From the NCBI GenBank assembly GCA_003402345.1, contig QFXH01000010.1, positions 5,409-69,408 of the forward strand: a stretch of 64,000 nt of DNA. Reading direction: 5' to 3'. The notes under the pieces were generated by a model. The model was not told the DNA's origin. It ran no database searches and worked only from the letters and a program-made list of their open reading frames with translations. A program made the position numbers and the translations under genes. How positions within the stretch are numbered: the stretch's first letter is position 1; each line of letters begins with the position of its first letter. Source of the DNA: Candidatus Nitrotoga sp. MKT. Its GTDB lineage: Bacteria; Pseudomonadota; Gammaproteobacteria; Burkholderiales; Gallionellaceae. Positions 30,304 to 42,607 of the stretch are shown one piece after another.

Positions 30304-30731
30304 TTATTGATATCCTTGTTTTCGCCCTCGCCACCTTCACGGTTATCAAGACCAAGCGAACTGATATCAAAATCTTTATTGTGCTGTCCCGGAGAAGCGT
30401 AATGGTAATCGTTGCCCCACGGATCTTTTGGCACTATCTTCGCCCCTTTAATATAAGGGCCGTTCCAACCGGTCGCACCAGTTGGTGCCTCGATCAATGC
30501 CGCCAAACTTTCCTGTGAAGTGGGATAGCGTCCTACTTCCAGCTTGAACAATTCCAAGCTCTGTCCAAGTTGCTCGATTTGCAGCTTACCCGTTTTGCTT
30601 TTCGATGTACCCAGGTAATCCATTACTTTTGGCCCTACCAAGCCAGCCAGCAGGCCTAAAATTACCAACACTACCAGCAACTCAAGCAAGGTAAATCCCC
30701 TTTCCCGCCGTACCTGATTTATTCTGTTCAT
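30291..30731 (-). CDS. gspG: T2SS major pseudopilin
   Basis: GFTLLELLVV, GRYPT, WNGPY, DPWGNDY.Y..PG, S.G.D..EGGEG. Confidence 0.95.
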   Translation of the reverse strand: MNRINQVRRERGFTLLELLVVLVILGLLAGLVGPKVMDYLGTSKSKTGKLQIEQLGQSLELFKLEVGRYPTSQESLAALIEAPTGATGWNGPYIKGAKIVPKDPWGNDYHYASPGQHNKDFDISSLGLDNREGGEGENKDINNWGE

Positions 30732-30860
30732 AATACTTTCCTCCCAAAATGTACCATTTTTATTTCCCTATGTTTTCCATGATTCCTGAACACATCATTG
30801 CTTAATGACAAGGTTCAATAAGATTAAGCGCTGTCACACAGTCGAACTCTCAACCCCTGA

Positions 30861-32081
30861 TTACATCGCCAAGTCGTTAACACTAAGGATGGCAAGCAGA
30901 ATTGACATAATGATACCGCCAATCAACAGCCCCAGCCCTAAAATCAGCACTGGCTCCATTAGACTTAACATACGCTTGACCGTTGTTTGCACCTCATTGT
31001 CATACACATCTGCAACGCGCAGCAGCATTTCTTCAAGCTGACCCGTTTCTTCGCCAACGACTACCATGTGAACCGCAAGCTTGGGAAACAAACCGGTTTC
31101 CATCATTGGCTTACCTAAGCCCAACCCTTGCTTGAGCTGATTTGCCACAGTGTCAAGCCCTTCAGCCATGACACTATTACTCAAGGTCTCTTTAATAATA
31201 AAGAGCGCATTCAATAAAGTCACCCCATTACCTAATAAAGTACCCAAGCTGCGACTAAAGCGGGCCACCTCGATCTTTGCCACTAGGTCGCCTACCAACG
31301 GCAGGCGTAAAAACATGCCATCCCAACGGTAGCGACTGCTCGGGTTACGCATTTGCTGCCGCAGCAGCACATAAATGGCTAACGCGCCAATTAGCAACGT
31401 CCACCAGTCATGACGTAGAAAATCACCGGCGGCAATGACGATTTGTGTTGGCAGCGGCAAAGTTTTACCGGATTGCTGAAACATTAAAGAAAACTGCGGC
31501 ACAACGAATATCAACAACATCATCACAGAACTGGCTGCCACCACCATCAGGATGGCGGGATAAATTAATGCAGATGTAACAGTTTGCTTGAGTGCTTTAG
31601 CGCGCTCCATAAATTCAGTGATACGTGTCAGCACCGGACCAAGCGCGCCCCCAGCCTCGCCAGCGCGCACCATATTGAGGTAGAAACGGGAAAAAACGCC
31701 TTTTTGCGCTTCCATCGCCGCGGAAAGCGAAGCCCCACCACGTACGTCGTCACGCACTTGGGTCAGCAGGTTACGTACTTTTTCGTTTTCAGACAGTTCA
31801 ACCAGAATTTCCAGGGCACGGTCCAGCGGCAGACCAGCATGGAGCAGGGTAGCAATTTCACTGGTAAAGGTGCCAATTTCCGCCTGGTTGACCCGCTTCG
31901 AGCGCAACCAGGAAAAAGAGGCTCTTTCCACGCTTCGCTTCTCCTGCGCTTGTTCAATCTGAATCGGGATATAACCCATGGTGTGCAGACGCTCTGCCAC
32001 TGCTTCATCACTACGGGCTTCCATCTCGCCTTCGAGCGTTTCCCCGTCTGCGGTAACCGCGTTGTATTGAAACATTGGCAC
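30861..32081 (-). CDS. gspF: T2SS inner-membrane platform protein
   Basis: AGLPL..AL, AGEAGG.L, ALIYP, GEETG.L, EP. Confidence 0.93.
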   Translation of the reverse strand: MPMFQYNAVTADGETLEGEMEARSDEAVAERLHTMGYIPIQIEQAQEKRSVERASFSWLRSKRVNQAEIGTFTSEIATLLHAGLPLDRALEILVELSENEKVRNLLTQVRDDVRGGASLSAAMEAQKGVFSRFYLNMVRAGEAGGALGPVLTRITEFMERAKALKQTVTSALIYPAILMVVAASSVMMLLIFVVPQFSLMFQQSGKTLPLPTQIVIAAGDFLRHDWWTLLIGALAIYVLLRQQMRNPSSRYRWDGMFLRLPLVGDLVAKIEVARFSRSLGTLLGNGVTLLNALFIIKETLSNSVMAEGLDTVANQLKQGLGLGKPMMETGLFPKLAVHMVVVGEETGQLEEMLLRVADVYDNEVQTTVKRMLSLMEPVLILGLGLLIGGIIMSILLAILSVNDLAM

Positions 32082-32083
32082 GA

Positions 32084-33847
32084 TCAGCTCTCCCGCGTTA
32101 CGCGCAATACTTCCTCGATGGTCGTGACCCCTGCCACCACCTTGCGCAAACCGCTTTCAAACATGGTACGCATGCCCTCCTCGATTGCGAGCTTGCGGAT
32201 TTCGCCAGCTGTGGCGTGCCGCATCACCAGACTGCGAATGCCATCACTCATGGTCAGAATCTCCACGATATTAACCCGGCCAATATAGCCGGTATAGCCA
32301 CAATGCTGGCACCCGACCGCATGGTACAACTCGATCGGATTAGCGTCAGTAAAGCGATGGAGCTCCATTTCCTCAACCACTTCGGGCAACACTACGCGCA
32401 ATTCGCGGCATTGCGTACATAGCGTACGTACCAGGCGTTGCGCCAAAATACCGATCACGGTGGAAGTCAGCAGATAATCATCCATGCCCATGTCGAGCAA
32501 ACGGTTGATCGTGGCTGCGGCATCGTTGGTATGCAGGGTGGATAACACCAAGTGGCCAGTAAGGGCGGCTTGTACGGCAATTTGGGCAGTTTCCAGATCG
32601 CGGATTTCACCGATCATAATTACATCCGGATCCTGGCGCACGATCGAACGCAGGGCATTGGCAAAGGTCAGGCCGATCTGCGCCTTAACCTGGATCTGGT
32701 TTACGCCTTCCATTTGATACTCTACCGGATCTTCCACGGTAAGAATCTTGACATCCGATTTATTCAAAGTTTGCAGCGCGGTATAGAGTGTAGTTGTTTT
32801 ACCGCTACCGGTCGGACCGGTGACCAGAATAATGCCGTGGGGTTGCTGCAAAATTTCCAGGAAAATTTTGAGAATATCCGGGTCAAATCCCAGCCTAGAA
32901 AAATCCAGGGTCGTGCCGCTTTTATCGAGAATCCGCATTACCACGCTCTCGCCATGCATGGTCGGAACCGTGGAGACACGCAAATCAATTTCCTTGCCCT
33001 GAATGCGCAATTTGATACGGCCATCCTGTGGCAAGCGACGTTCGGCAATATCCAGACTAGCCATGATTTTAATGCGTGAGATGACAGCGCCGGACAGACG
33101 CCGTGGCGGCGATTCGACTTCGTGCATCACCCCGTCTACCCGGTAACGCACGATCAGGCGATTTTCGAATGGCTCGATGTGAACATCGGATGCGCGCGCC
33201 TCCAGCGCATGGCCAATAATCAAGTTAACCAGGCGGATAACGGGCGCCTCGCTTGCGAGATCTTTAAGATGCTGCACATCGTCGCTCGCACCTTCTTCCT
33301 CAAGGGTTTCGATGTCGCCGACAATCTCCCCCATCGACGTCTTGCCGCTACCATAAAGACGTTCGAAAGCGCTTTCCATATCCTGCTGCACGGCCACACG
33401 CACGCAAACCGAACGATGGGTCAACAAACCAAAAGCATTAATGGCATATTGATCAAGCGGATCCACTAGGGCCAGTACCAGTTCGTGCGCATCTTCATGT
33501 AGCGGCAAGGCTTTAGACTCTTTGAGGAAACGCACCGATACACGCTCTTCCAGCAAGGGCACTTGGGGATAATCAGCTGGCTCCACCAGTGCGAGTCCAA
33601 GTTGTGCTGCCAATGCCTCTGCCACATCACGGGCGGAAACCACTCCCAGCTTTAATAGCAGCGTACCAATACGCTCATGCTCACCAACTTCATCTTTTTG
33701 CAAGTCTAGCGCGCGCTCCAACTCAAGTGCATTCAGCTTCCCTTGCTCAACTAACCATTCTCCTAAACGTTTCCTCAACTTAATGCTTTCTGTGCGAAAA
33801 AGTGCGGGAATGGTATCACGAACATACGGATTTTCGCGCCAAGCCAC
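32084..33847 (-). CDS. gspE: T2SS ATPase with N-terminal MshEN domain
   Basis: ASDVHIEP, ERRLPQDGR, GPTGSGKTTT, EDPVEY, RQDPD.IMIGEIRD; start may be about 60 nt later. Confidence 0.95.
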   Translation of the reverse strand: MAWRENPYVRDTIPALFRTESIKLRKRLGEWLVEQGKLNALELERALDLQKDEVGEHERIGTLLLKLGVVSARDVAEALAAQLGLALVEPADYPQVPLLEERVSVRFLKESKALPLHEDAHELVLALVDPLDQYAINAFGLLTHRSVCVRVAVQQDMESAFERLYGSGKTSMGEIVGDIETLEEEGASDDVQHLKDLASEAPVIRLVNLIIGHALEARASDVHIEPFENRLIVRYRVDGVMHEVESPPRRLSGAVISRIKIMASLDIAERRLPQDGRIKLRIQGKEIDLRVSTVPTMHGESVVMRILDKSGTTLDFSRLGFDPDILKIFLEILQQPHGIILVTGPTGSGKTTTLYTALQTLNKSDVKILTVEDPVEYQMEGVNQIQVKAQIGLTFANALRSIVRQDPDVIMIGEIRDLETAQIAVQAALTGHLVLSTLHTNDAAATINRLLDMGMDDYLLTSTVIGILAQRLVRTLCTQCRELRVVLPEVVEEMELHRFTDANPIELYHAVGCQHCGYTGYIGRVNIVEILTMSDGIRSLVMRHATAGEIRKLAIEEGMRTMFESGLRKVVAGVTTIEEVLRVTRES

Positions 33848-34052
33848 CCGAATTCGCTGTTAACCAAAGCACAATTAAAGTATATACAGGACGTTTCAAA
33901 TCCCCAGTGTAAAAAACGCATCATGGTGCTACTTGAAGCCAAAATCATCTGGCGTGAGTAATTGTGAGGATGTTTCGACTCGAGTTATTTTCGTGGGTTC
34001 CGTGAGTGAAAATTTAGTTTCCACACGCCCAGAATGAACGATGGACGTTTAC

Positions 34053-34838
34053 TTAAGGGTAAAACAAAAATAAACGATACCCCGTTGCTTTAAGGTCGGC
34101 AGTGTCAAGATGCAATTTGATGCCTATCTCATGATTGGGCAGTAGCCCTTGTTTTTCGTCCTCGCTGGGTTTGAGATATTCCGCTGGAAGAAAAATACGG
34201 CGTGCCAGTACCTCATCCATTGAGTTGATAAGCGTAAGTTCGAGATTGGGATAGGTTTGCGCAAAAGATGCACGGTTTCGCAAAATGGCATTGAGAGCAA
34301 TAACCCCCGCTTGTTTCGGATCGAATTCCAGGTCAGAGGATTCAATACTCCACCGGTCAATTTTTTTCGGTAGCGGGATATCACAATTAGATAACTTGCA
34401 ATAAGACGTGAGCACTAACTTAATACCCGGCAGATGCGCGGCGAGTTCAACACGAAAGAAATAGGCGGTTTGTGCCAATAACACTATGAATAACAATAAT
34501 ATGACTACTACCCACGACCAGTGAACATTCTTTTTAATAACTGCGGAACTGGTTTCCAGTGCCTTGTCCGCGCTTGCCGTAGCGAGATGGCTGAAATCAT
34601 ACTTATCGCGGATTACTGGGATATGCTCTGTCGAAATTTTAACAGGCGCTTCCTGCATTTTTTCCTGAGGTAGGGCTAGGTTAAGTTGCGGGCTGGGTTC
34701 ATCATCTGCCAATTGTTTTGTTGCATTGAATACCACCTGACAACGTCCGCAACGCACCATGCCCTGATGCATATCCAACTGGGTTTGGCTGACCTTAAAA
34801 CGGGTACTACACTCCGGACACTGAGTGACTGCATTCAT
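34053..34838 (-). CDS. zinc-ribbon and DUF3426 domain protein
   Basis: CPEC.TRFKV...G.VRCGRC..VF, TM, LRNRA.FAQ.YP.LELTL; usual neighbour of prmA. Confidence 0.85.
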   Translation of the reverse strand: MNAVTQCPECSTRFKVSQTQLDMHQGMVRCGRCQVVFNATKQLADDEPSPQLNLALPQEKMQEAPVKISTEHIPVIRDKYDFSHLATASADKALETSSAVIKKNVHWSWVVVILLLFIVLLAQTAYFFRVELAAHLPGIKLVLTSYCKLSNCDIPLPKKIDRWSIESSDLEFDPKQAGVIALNAILRNRASFAQTYPNLELTLINSMDEVLARRIFLPAEYLKPSEDEKQGLLPNHEIGIKLHLDTADLKATGYRLFLFYP

Positions 34839-35725
34839 CGCTTCACGCCAGATAAGCACGCCCAACCTTCTTCCACAACCAGTGGCCTAAAATCAAACCA
34901 CTGACCATAAGTTTTCATAACGTCTTCGGCCTGTTCGCTAAGTACGCCGGATAAAACAATCTGGCCGCCTTGCCGCGTTGAGCCTGCCAGCAATGGAGCG
35001 AGTACTTTGAGAGGATTAGTAAGAATATTGGCTACTACAATGTCAGCTTGTTGTTTCAGTGTGGCATTAGGCAGGTAGAACTGCGCGTCAACTTGATTAG
35101 CCATTGCATTGTCGCGGCTAGCTTGCACGGCTTGTGCATCCACGTCCACGCCAGTGGCGCTGGCAGCGCCAAGTTTAAGCGCCGCAATAGTCAAAATACC
35201 CGAGCCGCAGCCATAATCCAGGACAGACTCACCCCCTTGCAAATGACTGTCCAACCAGCGCAAACACAAACGGGTCGTGGGGTGACTCCCGGTACCAAAA
35301 GCCAAGCCGGGATCAAGCGTAATGTTAATGGCACTGGAATCGAGCGGGGTGTGCCAGGTGGGTACAATCCATAAGCGCTGCGAAATGCGGATGGGGTTAA
35401 ACTGCAATTGAGTCAAGCGCACCCAATCGTTGTCCGCCAAGGTTGTGACGGCATAATTTGGCGGTTGTTGCAACCCGATGGCGTGTGCCGCTTCCAGCAT
35501 AATTACGTCTATCGGCGTATCTTCGACAAACAGAGCAGTAACACGATTGTGTAACCATAAATGGGGGACGGGCTCGCCCGGCTCGCCAAATATGGCTTGC
35601 TCATCCAAAGTATCGGCATCTGCATCATGAATATCCACCGATAGTGCGCCGAGTGCTAACAGCGCCTCACTCAGCATCTCCGCTTGGGACGCAGATGCAG
35701 TAACCGTCAGCGTAAGCCAAGCCAT
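34835..35725 (-). CDS. prmA: ribosomal protein L11 methyltransferase
   Basis: LDPGLAFGTGSHPTT, LDYGCGSGIL, VANIL. Confidence 0.96.
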   Translation of the reverse strand: MAWLTLTVTASASQAEMLSEALLALGALSVDIHDADADTLDEQAIFGEPGEPVPHLWLHNRVTALFVEDTPIDVIMLEAAHAIGLQQPPNYAVTTLADNDWVRLTQLQFNPIRISQRLWIVPTWHTPLDSSAINITLDPGLAFGTGSHPTTRLCLRWLDSHLQGGESVLDYGCGSGILTIAALKLGAASATGVDVDAQAVQASRDNAMANQVDAQFYLPNATLKQQADIVVANILTNPLKVLAPLLAGSTRQGGQIVLSGVLSEQAEDVMKTYGQWFDFRPLVVEEGWACLSGVKR

Positions 35726-35726
35726 G

Positions 35727-37082
35727 TTATTTTACCTTGAGGCGTTCGGCTAACTTGTGTTCCAGATAATGAATGCTGGTGCCGCCCCGTAAAAAAGCAG
35801 CATCTAACATCAATTCCTGATGCAGTGGGATGTTAGTCTCAATACCTTCTACCGCCATTTCAGATAAGGCAGTACGCATGCGGGCTATCGCCTGTTGGCG
35901 ATTATCACCATATGCGATGATCTTGCCGATCATGGAATCGTAATGCGGCGGCACGAAGTAATTGGCGTACACGTGCGAATCCACGCGGATACCAGGACCA
36001 CCAGGAGTATGCCAAGTCGTAATGCGGCCGGCCGAAGGCGTAAACTTGTAGGGATGCTCGGCATTGATACGACATTCGATGGCATGACCTTTAAGCGCTA
36101 TATCATTTTGCTTGAAACTGAGTTTTTCACCGGCAGCGATACGAATCTGCTGTTGCACAATATCTATGCCAGTGATCATTTCGCTGACCGGATGCTCTAC
36201 CTGTATGCGCGTATTCATTTCGATGAAGAAAAACTCGTCGTTTTCATACAGAAACTCAAAAGTTCCCGCGCCGCGATAGCCAATCTTGCGGCAAGCTGCC
36301 GCACAACGCTCACCAATTTTGTTACGAAGACGAGTATTAAGCAGGGGTGCTGGCGCTTCCTCAAGAATTTTTTGGTGACGGCGTTGCATAGAGCAATCAC
36401 GCTCGCCTAAATATACCGCATTGCCATAAGAATCAGCCAACACTTGAAACTCGATGTGGCGCGGATTCTGCAAAAATTTTTCCATATACACCACAGGATT
36501 ATTAAATGCCGCCTGCGCCTCACTACGCGTCATAGTCACGGCATTGAGCAGAGCGGCTTCAGTATGCACCACACGCATGCCGCGTCCCCCCCCGCCTCCG
36601 GCGGCCTTTATAATGACCGGGTAACCAATACTGCGTGCAATCTTTGTTATTTCGGCTGGACTGTCTGGCAGTGCGCCATCCACGCCCGGCACACAAGGAA
36701 TTCCCGCTTTTTTCATTGCGTTTTTGGCGGACACTTTGTCGCCCATTAAACGAATGGTCTCTGGCCGTGGACCAATAAATACAAATCCACTTTTTTCCAC
36801 ACGCTCGGCGAAATCAGCATTTTCAGACAAAAAACCATAGCCAGGATGAATGGCCTGTGCATCTGTAACTTCCGCCGCGCTAATAATAGATGGGATGTGC
36901 AGATAGCTTTGTGACGAGGAAGCCGAACCAATACACACTGACTCGTCGGCCAGTTTGACATACTTAGCATCTGCGTCAGCTTCGGAATGCACTGCTACGG
37001 ATTTAATGCCCATCTCGCGACACGCACGCTGAATCCTTAAGGCAATCTCGCCTCGGTTTGCGATGAGAATTTTTTCAAACAT
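35727..37082 (-). CDS. accC: acetyl-CoA carboxylase, biotin carboxylase
   Basis: [38 protein letters not shown]. Confidence 0.97.
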   Translation of the reverse strand: MFEKILIANRGEIALRIQRACREMGIKSVAVHSEADADAKYVKLADESVCIGSASSSQSYLHIPSIISAAEVTDAQAIHPGYGFLSENADFAERVEKSGFVFIGPRPETIRLMGDKVSAKNAMKKAGIPCVPGVDGALPDSPAEITKIARSIGYPVIIKAAGGGGGRGMRVVHTEAALLNAVTMTRSEAQAAFNNPVVYMEKFLQNPRHIEFQVLADSYGNAVYLGERDCSMQRRHQKILEEAPAPLLNTRLRNKIGERCAAACRKIGYRGAGTFEFLYENDEFFFIEMNTRIQVEHPVSEMITGIDIVQQQIRIAAGEKLSFKQNDIALKGHAIECRINAEHPYKFTPSAGRITTWHTPGGPGIRVDSHVYANYFVPPHYDSMIGKIIAYGDNRQQAIARMRTALSEMAVEGIETNIPLHQELMLDAAFLRGGTSIHYLEHKLAERLKVK

Positions 37083-37085
37083 TAT

Positions 37086-37529
37086 TTAACTGATGATAAA
37101 AAGAGGTTGGCCATATTCCACCGGCTGGCCGCTCTCGACCAGAATCGTGCTAATGATACCGCTTTGGTCAGCTTCGATTTCGTTAAGCAACTTCATTGCT
37201 TCAATGATACAAAGGGTGTCACCCACGCTCACGCTTTGGCCTACCTCCACAAAAGGCTTGGCGCCAGGGGAAGGGCTACGGTAAAAACTACCGACCATCG
37301 GCGACTTCACTACATGGCCATCCGGTGCTGCAGGTTCGACTGGCTCCGCAGGCACATCAGCCAGCTGCGGGGCAAGCGTGGTCATATGCTGCGGCGCAGT
37401 ATAAACATGCTGCACCGCAGCACCAGAGCGAACAATGCGCACACGTTCTTCGCCTTCACTGATTTCCAGCTCGGCAATACCGGAACCTTCAACTAGCTCA
37501 ATCAACGTCTTAAGCTTACGTAAATCCAT
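37086..37529 (-). CDS. accB: biotin carboxyl carrier protein
   Basis: MDLRKLK, SPMVG.FY, EAMK. Confidence 0.97.
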   Translation of the reverse strand: MDLRKLKTLIELVEGSGIAELEISEGEERVRIVRSGAAVQHVYTAPQHMTTLAPQLADVPAEPVEPAAPDGHVVKSPMVGSFYRSPSPGAKPFVEVGQSVSVGDTLCIIEAMKLLNEIEADQSGIISTILVESGQPVEYGQPLFIIS

Positions 37530-37531
37530 AA

Positions 37532-37975
37532 TTAACTCCTAACAGAATACTGCAGCGCGTACTGCACTGCGAGTTCATAACCGGTTGCACCCAAGCCGCT
37601 AATAACACCGATCGCGAGATCAGAGAAATATGATTCTTTGCGGAACGGCTCACGTGCAAACACATTGGAAAGATGGACTTCAATAAATGGGATAGCCACC
37701 GCCGTTAATGCATCACGTAAAGCCACACTGGTATGCGTAAACGCAGCAGGATTAATGACAATAAAATTAGCACCATCCTGACGCGCTAAATGTATTCGAT
37801 CTATTAAAGCGGATTCAGAGTTACTCTGGAAATGCAACAGATTTGCGCCTTGCATACGCGCCAAATGCTGCAATTTGTTATTAATTTCGTCTAACGTGGC
37901 ATGACCATACACACTTGGCTCGCGGCTACCGAGCAAGTTCAGATTAGGGCCATGTAGAACCAGAATGATGTTCAT
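37532..37975 (-). CDS. aroQ: type II 3-dehydroquinate dehydratase
   Basis: [36 protein letters not shown]. Confidence 0.96.
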   Translation of the reverse strand: MNIILVLHGPNLNLLGSREPSVYGHATLDEINNKLQHLARMQGANLLHFQSNSESALIDRIHLARQDGANFIVINPAAFTHTSVALRDALTAVAIPFIEVHLSNVFAREPFRKESYFSDLAIGVISGLGATGYELAVQYALQYSVRS

Positions 37976-38037
37976 AAGCGCAGTTTGCCGCAAATTAGGG
38001 CAATTTGTCTATTTTTTAGCAGAAATTGAAGAAACAG

Positions 38038-38451
38038 TTATACGAGACGTTCTTCTTGCAAACGTTTACGCAATTCCTCAACGGTGAGGATAGGGGGGAT
38101 AAAGCTTCCTCGCAATGCGAGTAAATCTTTTTCAAAACTCACCAAAGCATCTACCTTGGCTTTGTGGGCTACTGCCAAAAATACTTGGCTAAATATACCA
38201 TGCGATGGCATCCAGCTAGATATGGAAGCCGTTTCACAGTACGGAAAAAAATCTTCCAGCAACAGATCCTGTTCAGCAATCGACAGATTAAACTTTGGGT
38301 AATTCAATGAGTCAAATAAATCTTCTTTTGTTGCGCTGCTAATTACCGGGCGAATAGATTTCGCCTGCCAAGCATTTTTCAGCCACGCCAAATTCCCGTT
38401 GGCGAACAACAATGCAGAAAGTATTACATGGGTATCGAGAACAACACGCAT
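38038..38451 (-). CDS. PIN-domain putative toxin, degenerate active site
   Basis: MRVVLDT.V.LSALLF, YPKF, DALVS...DLL; starts right after the antitoxin stop. Confidence 0.75.
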   Translation of the reverse strand: MRVVLDTHVILSALLFANGNLAWLKNAWQAKSIRPVISSATKEDLFDSLNYPKFNLSIAEQDLLLEDFFPYCETASISSWMPSHGIFSQVFLAVAHKAKVDALVSFEKDLLALRGSFIPPILTVEELRKRLQEERLV

Positions 38452-38452
38452 G

Positions 38453-38680
38453 CTATTCTTTAGATCGACGCGCCCAAACACAGGCATCTGCTATATCTTT
38501 TTCTGAGATACCTAATACAATCAATTTATCACGAACGACATCAGCAGTTTGAACCAAATCTGACGCCAGAGCAATGGCAGCCCTGTCAACTTCAACATCG
38601 GAATATCCAGCGACCTCCATTTGGGAAACAGTTTGATCCAGCAACGTGATCTGGTCGTTTGGAGTGATCTTGACGTGCAT
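38453..38680 (-). CDS. AbrB/MazE-like antitoxin, diverged
   Basis: KIT..DQITL N-terminus; ADVVRDKL..LG.SE.D.ADA..WAR C-terminus. Confidence 0.6.
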   Translation of the reverse strand: MHVKITPNDQITLLDQTVSQMEVAGYSDVEVDRAAIALASDLVQTADVVRDKLIVLGISEKDIADACVWARRSKE

Positions 38681-39156
38681 AATAGTAGCTACCTCAGCGG
38701 CAAGCATAGAGTTACAAGGTAAATAGATGGTAAAATTATACCTGAAAAAAACGGGCGCACGCAAGCTCAAGCCATTGTCCCATTAAGGAGTGGGCGGGCT
38801 TTATCGGCCTCACTGTCATTAAAATTCGTAGCATTTGTCTGTACCCCGCGCAAAGGTACGTTGCGTTTATTTAGGCGACAACTCGTCGTTTCTCATGCGA
38901 GTTATGCCACATCGACACATACGGGCAGTACATTTCAAACGATTGCTCAGACCGACATCCCTCAAATGAAGTGCGAATGGCTCGTTGAAAAGCACGATTC
39001 CCGCAAGTGAACGTTAGGTACAAAACCCTGGAATAATACAGATAACTATTTTTCTCCTGTTGCCCTAAACAGGGCGGTACGGCATAATTACCTACTGTTT
39101 GTTGTAAAAATGTTTTATTTATTCTTTGATAAGAGATGTCAGGAGGTTAGTGAAAG

Positions 39157-41172
39157 ATGGCTGCGGCGCGTAAAGTACACCCCCCCAAGTTTAATGACAT
39201 AACTGGAGCGATCCGCGCTTTGGCAATGGATGCGGTTCAAAAAGCAAATTCTGGCCACCCTGGCGCTCCAATGGGCATGGCAGAAATCGCTGAAGCGCTG
39301 TGGATTCACCACCTGCGCCACAATCCGGCTAACCCTAAATGGGTTGACCGTGACCGTTTCGTGTTTTCCAACGGCCATGGCTCAATGCTGATCTATGCCC
39401 TGCTGCATTTGACTGGTTACGACTTATCAATTGATGAGTTGAAGCGCTTTCGCCAACTGCATTCCCAGACTCCAGGTCACCCTGAATATGGTTACACTGC
39501 TGGTGTCGAAACCACTACTGGTCCACTGGGTCAAGGCATTACCAATGCGGTGGGTTTTGCCTTAGCGGAAAAAATGCTGGCAAATGAATTCAATCGTCCC
39601 GGCCATGAGATCGTTAACCACCATACTTATGTATTCCTCGGTGATGGCTGCATGATGGAAGGTATTTCGCATGAATCCTGCGCACTGGCCGGTACCTGGG
39701 GATTAGGCAAGCTGATCGCCTTCTGGGACGACAACGGCATCTCCATTGATGGACATGTTGAAGCCTGGTTTACTGACGATACCGCCAAACGCTTCGAATC
39801 TTATGGTTGGCATGTAATCGCCAATGTGGAAGGCCACGATCCCGAAGCAATAGATGACGCCATCAAGGCTGCCAAGGAAGTAACCGACAAGCCCACACTG
39901 ATCTGCTGCAAGACCATCATCGGCGCGGGTTCCCCAAACAAGGCCGGTACGCATGACGTACATGGCGCTGCATTGGGTGATGCGGAAATCGCCGCTACGC
40001 GCGAATACATAGGCTGGAAATATCCCCCGTTCGAAATTCCAGCGCACGTTTATCAAGCGTGGAATGCGCGTACCAAGGGCGAGGGTTTGGAAAAATTATG
40101 GAACAATAAATTTGCAGAATACCGCAAGGCTTTCCCCCAAGAAGCGGCTGAGTTTGAGCGTCGCATGAAGGGTGATTTGCCGGCAGACTGGGCACAACAT
40201 GCTGCAAACATGATCGCCAAAACCAATGAAAAAGCAGAAACCATTGCCTCGCGCAAGGCATCGCAGAACACGATTAACGGTCTGGTGCCAGCACTACCTG
40301 AGTTTCTTGGCGGTTCAGCGGATCTTACCGGTTCGAATCTGACTAATTGGACGGGCGCCAAGCACGTTCATGGAAAAACGACAGGTAACTACATTAGTTA
40401 CGGAGTGCGCGAATTCGGTATGTCAGCCATTATGAATGGCGTGGCGTTGCATGGCGGCTTGCTACCATTTGGCGGCACTTTCCTGATGTTCTCAGAATAT
40501 GCACGCAATGCACTGCGCATGGCTGCGTTAATGAAACAACGCGTGATTTTCGTATACACGCATGACTCCATCGGCCTGGGCGAAGACGGCCCAACTCACC
40601 AGCCAGTGGAACAAACCGCTACACTACGCTACATCCCAAATATGGACGTTTGGCGTCCTTGTGATACGGTGGAATCTGCCGTGTCATGGGTTGCAGCGGT
40701 TGAGCGCAAAACTGGCCCGAGCAGCCTTATCTTCAGCCGCCAAAATTTAGCATTCCAAAAACGCGATGAATCTCAAATCACCAACATTCGCAAGGGTGGC
40801 TATGTGCTGTCAGAAGCCGCCAATGGCAAACCACAAGCGCTCATTATCGCGACTGGTTCTGAAGTGGGTCTGGCAATGGACGCACAAAAAGCCTTGGCTC
40901 AAGACGGCATCAATGTACGAGTAGTTTCCATGCCTTCAACCAATGTATTTGATCGTCAAGATCAGACATACAAGGACAGCGTGTTACCAAAGGGCAGCAA
41001 GCGAGTAGCTGTCGAAGCGGGCGTGACCGGTTTTTGGTACAAATATGTTGGTTTGGACGGTGCGGTAATTGGCATGGATGCTTTTGGCGAATCTGCTCCG
41101 GCAGGTGACTTATTCAAACACTTCGGCTTTACCATTGAAAATGTGGTGAAAGCCGTGAAAAGCATACTTTAA
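39157..41172 (+). CDS. tkt: transketolase
   Basis: [45 protein letters not shown]. Confidence 0.97.
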   Translation: MAAARKVHPPKFNDITGAIRALAMDAVQKANSGHPGAPMGMAEIAEALWIHHLRHNPANPKWVDRDRFVFSNGHGSMLIYALLHLTGYDLSIDELKRFRQLHSQTPGHPEYGYTAGVETTTGPLGQGITNAVGFALAEKMLANEFNRPGHEIVNHHTYVFLGDGCMMEGISHESCALAGTWGLGKLIAFWDDNGISIDGHVEAWFTDDTAKRFESYGWHVIANVEGHDPEAIDDAIKAAKEVTDKPTLICCKTIIGAGSPNKAGTHDVHGAALGDAEIAATREYIGWKYPPFEIPAHVYQAWNARTKGEGLEKLWNNKFAEYRKAFPQEAAEFERRMKGDLPADWAQHAANMIAKTNEKAETIASRKASQNTINGLVPALPEFLGGSADLTGSNLTNWTGAKHVHGKTTGNYISYGVREFGMSAIMNGVALHGGLLPFGGTFLMFSEYARNALRMAALMKQRVIFVYTHDSIGLGEDGPTHQPVEQTATLRYIPNMDVWRPCDTVESAVSWVAAVERKTGPSSLIFSRQNLAFQKRDESQITNIRKGGYVLSEAANGKPQALIIATGSEVGLAMDAQKALAQDGINVRVVSMPSTNVFDRQDQTYKDSVLPKGSKRVAVEAGVTGFWYKYVGLDGAVIGMDAFGESAPAGDLFKHFGFTIENVVKAVKSIL

Positions 41173-41510
41173 ATTTCTGGTAGCGATACAGCCGAATCCT
41201 TAAGAACGCGAAAAATGTCTACCATGATTTGCTGCGATGATTATCGCAAGACCATATCGAGTCAGCTTCAGTGTTGCGATGGCGCACAGCTAATGCGAAC
41301 ATCGGCGTTCACTACTGCTAATTTCCGTCAAAGTGGGCACTAGCATTGTAGCGGAGGGACCGGCGGCATACTTCTTAAAGCTGTCCTGTCAACCAAATTA
41401 CCTGTGGCACAGCATGTAAAGATACTGAAAGTTTAAATATTGATTAGTGTAGCTACAGCATCAGAACAATATCGAAAAATTTGTCTGAATAGTTACAATT
41501 TTAGTTATAA

Positions 41511-42524
<1,014 letters not shown>

Positions 42525-42607
42525 ATATGCATGCAAGGTGAGGAACTACCTCACCTTTTTGCATTTTTTCTTATCGTTTCACCTCGAATGCTTAATTGGA
42601 GAAAGAA

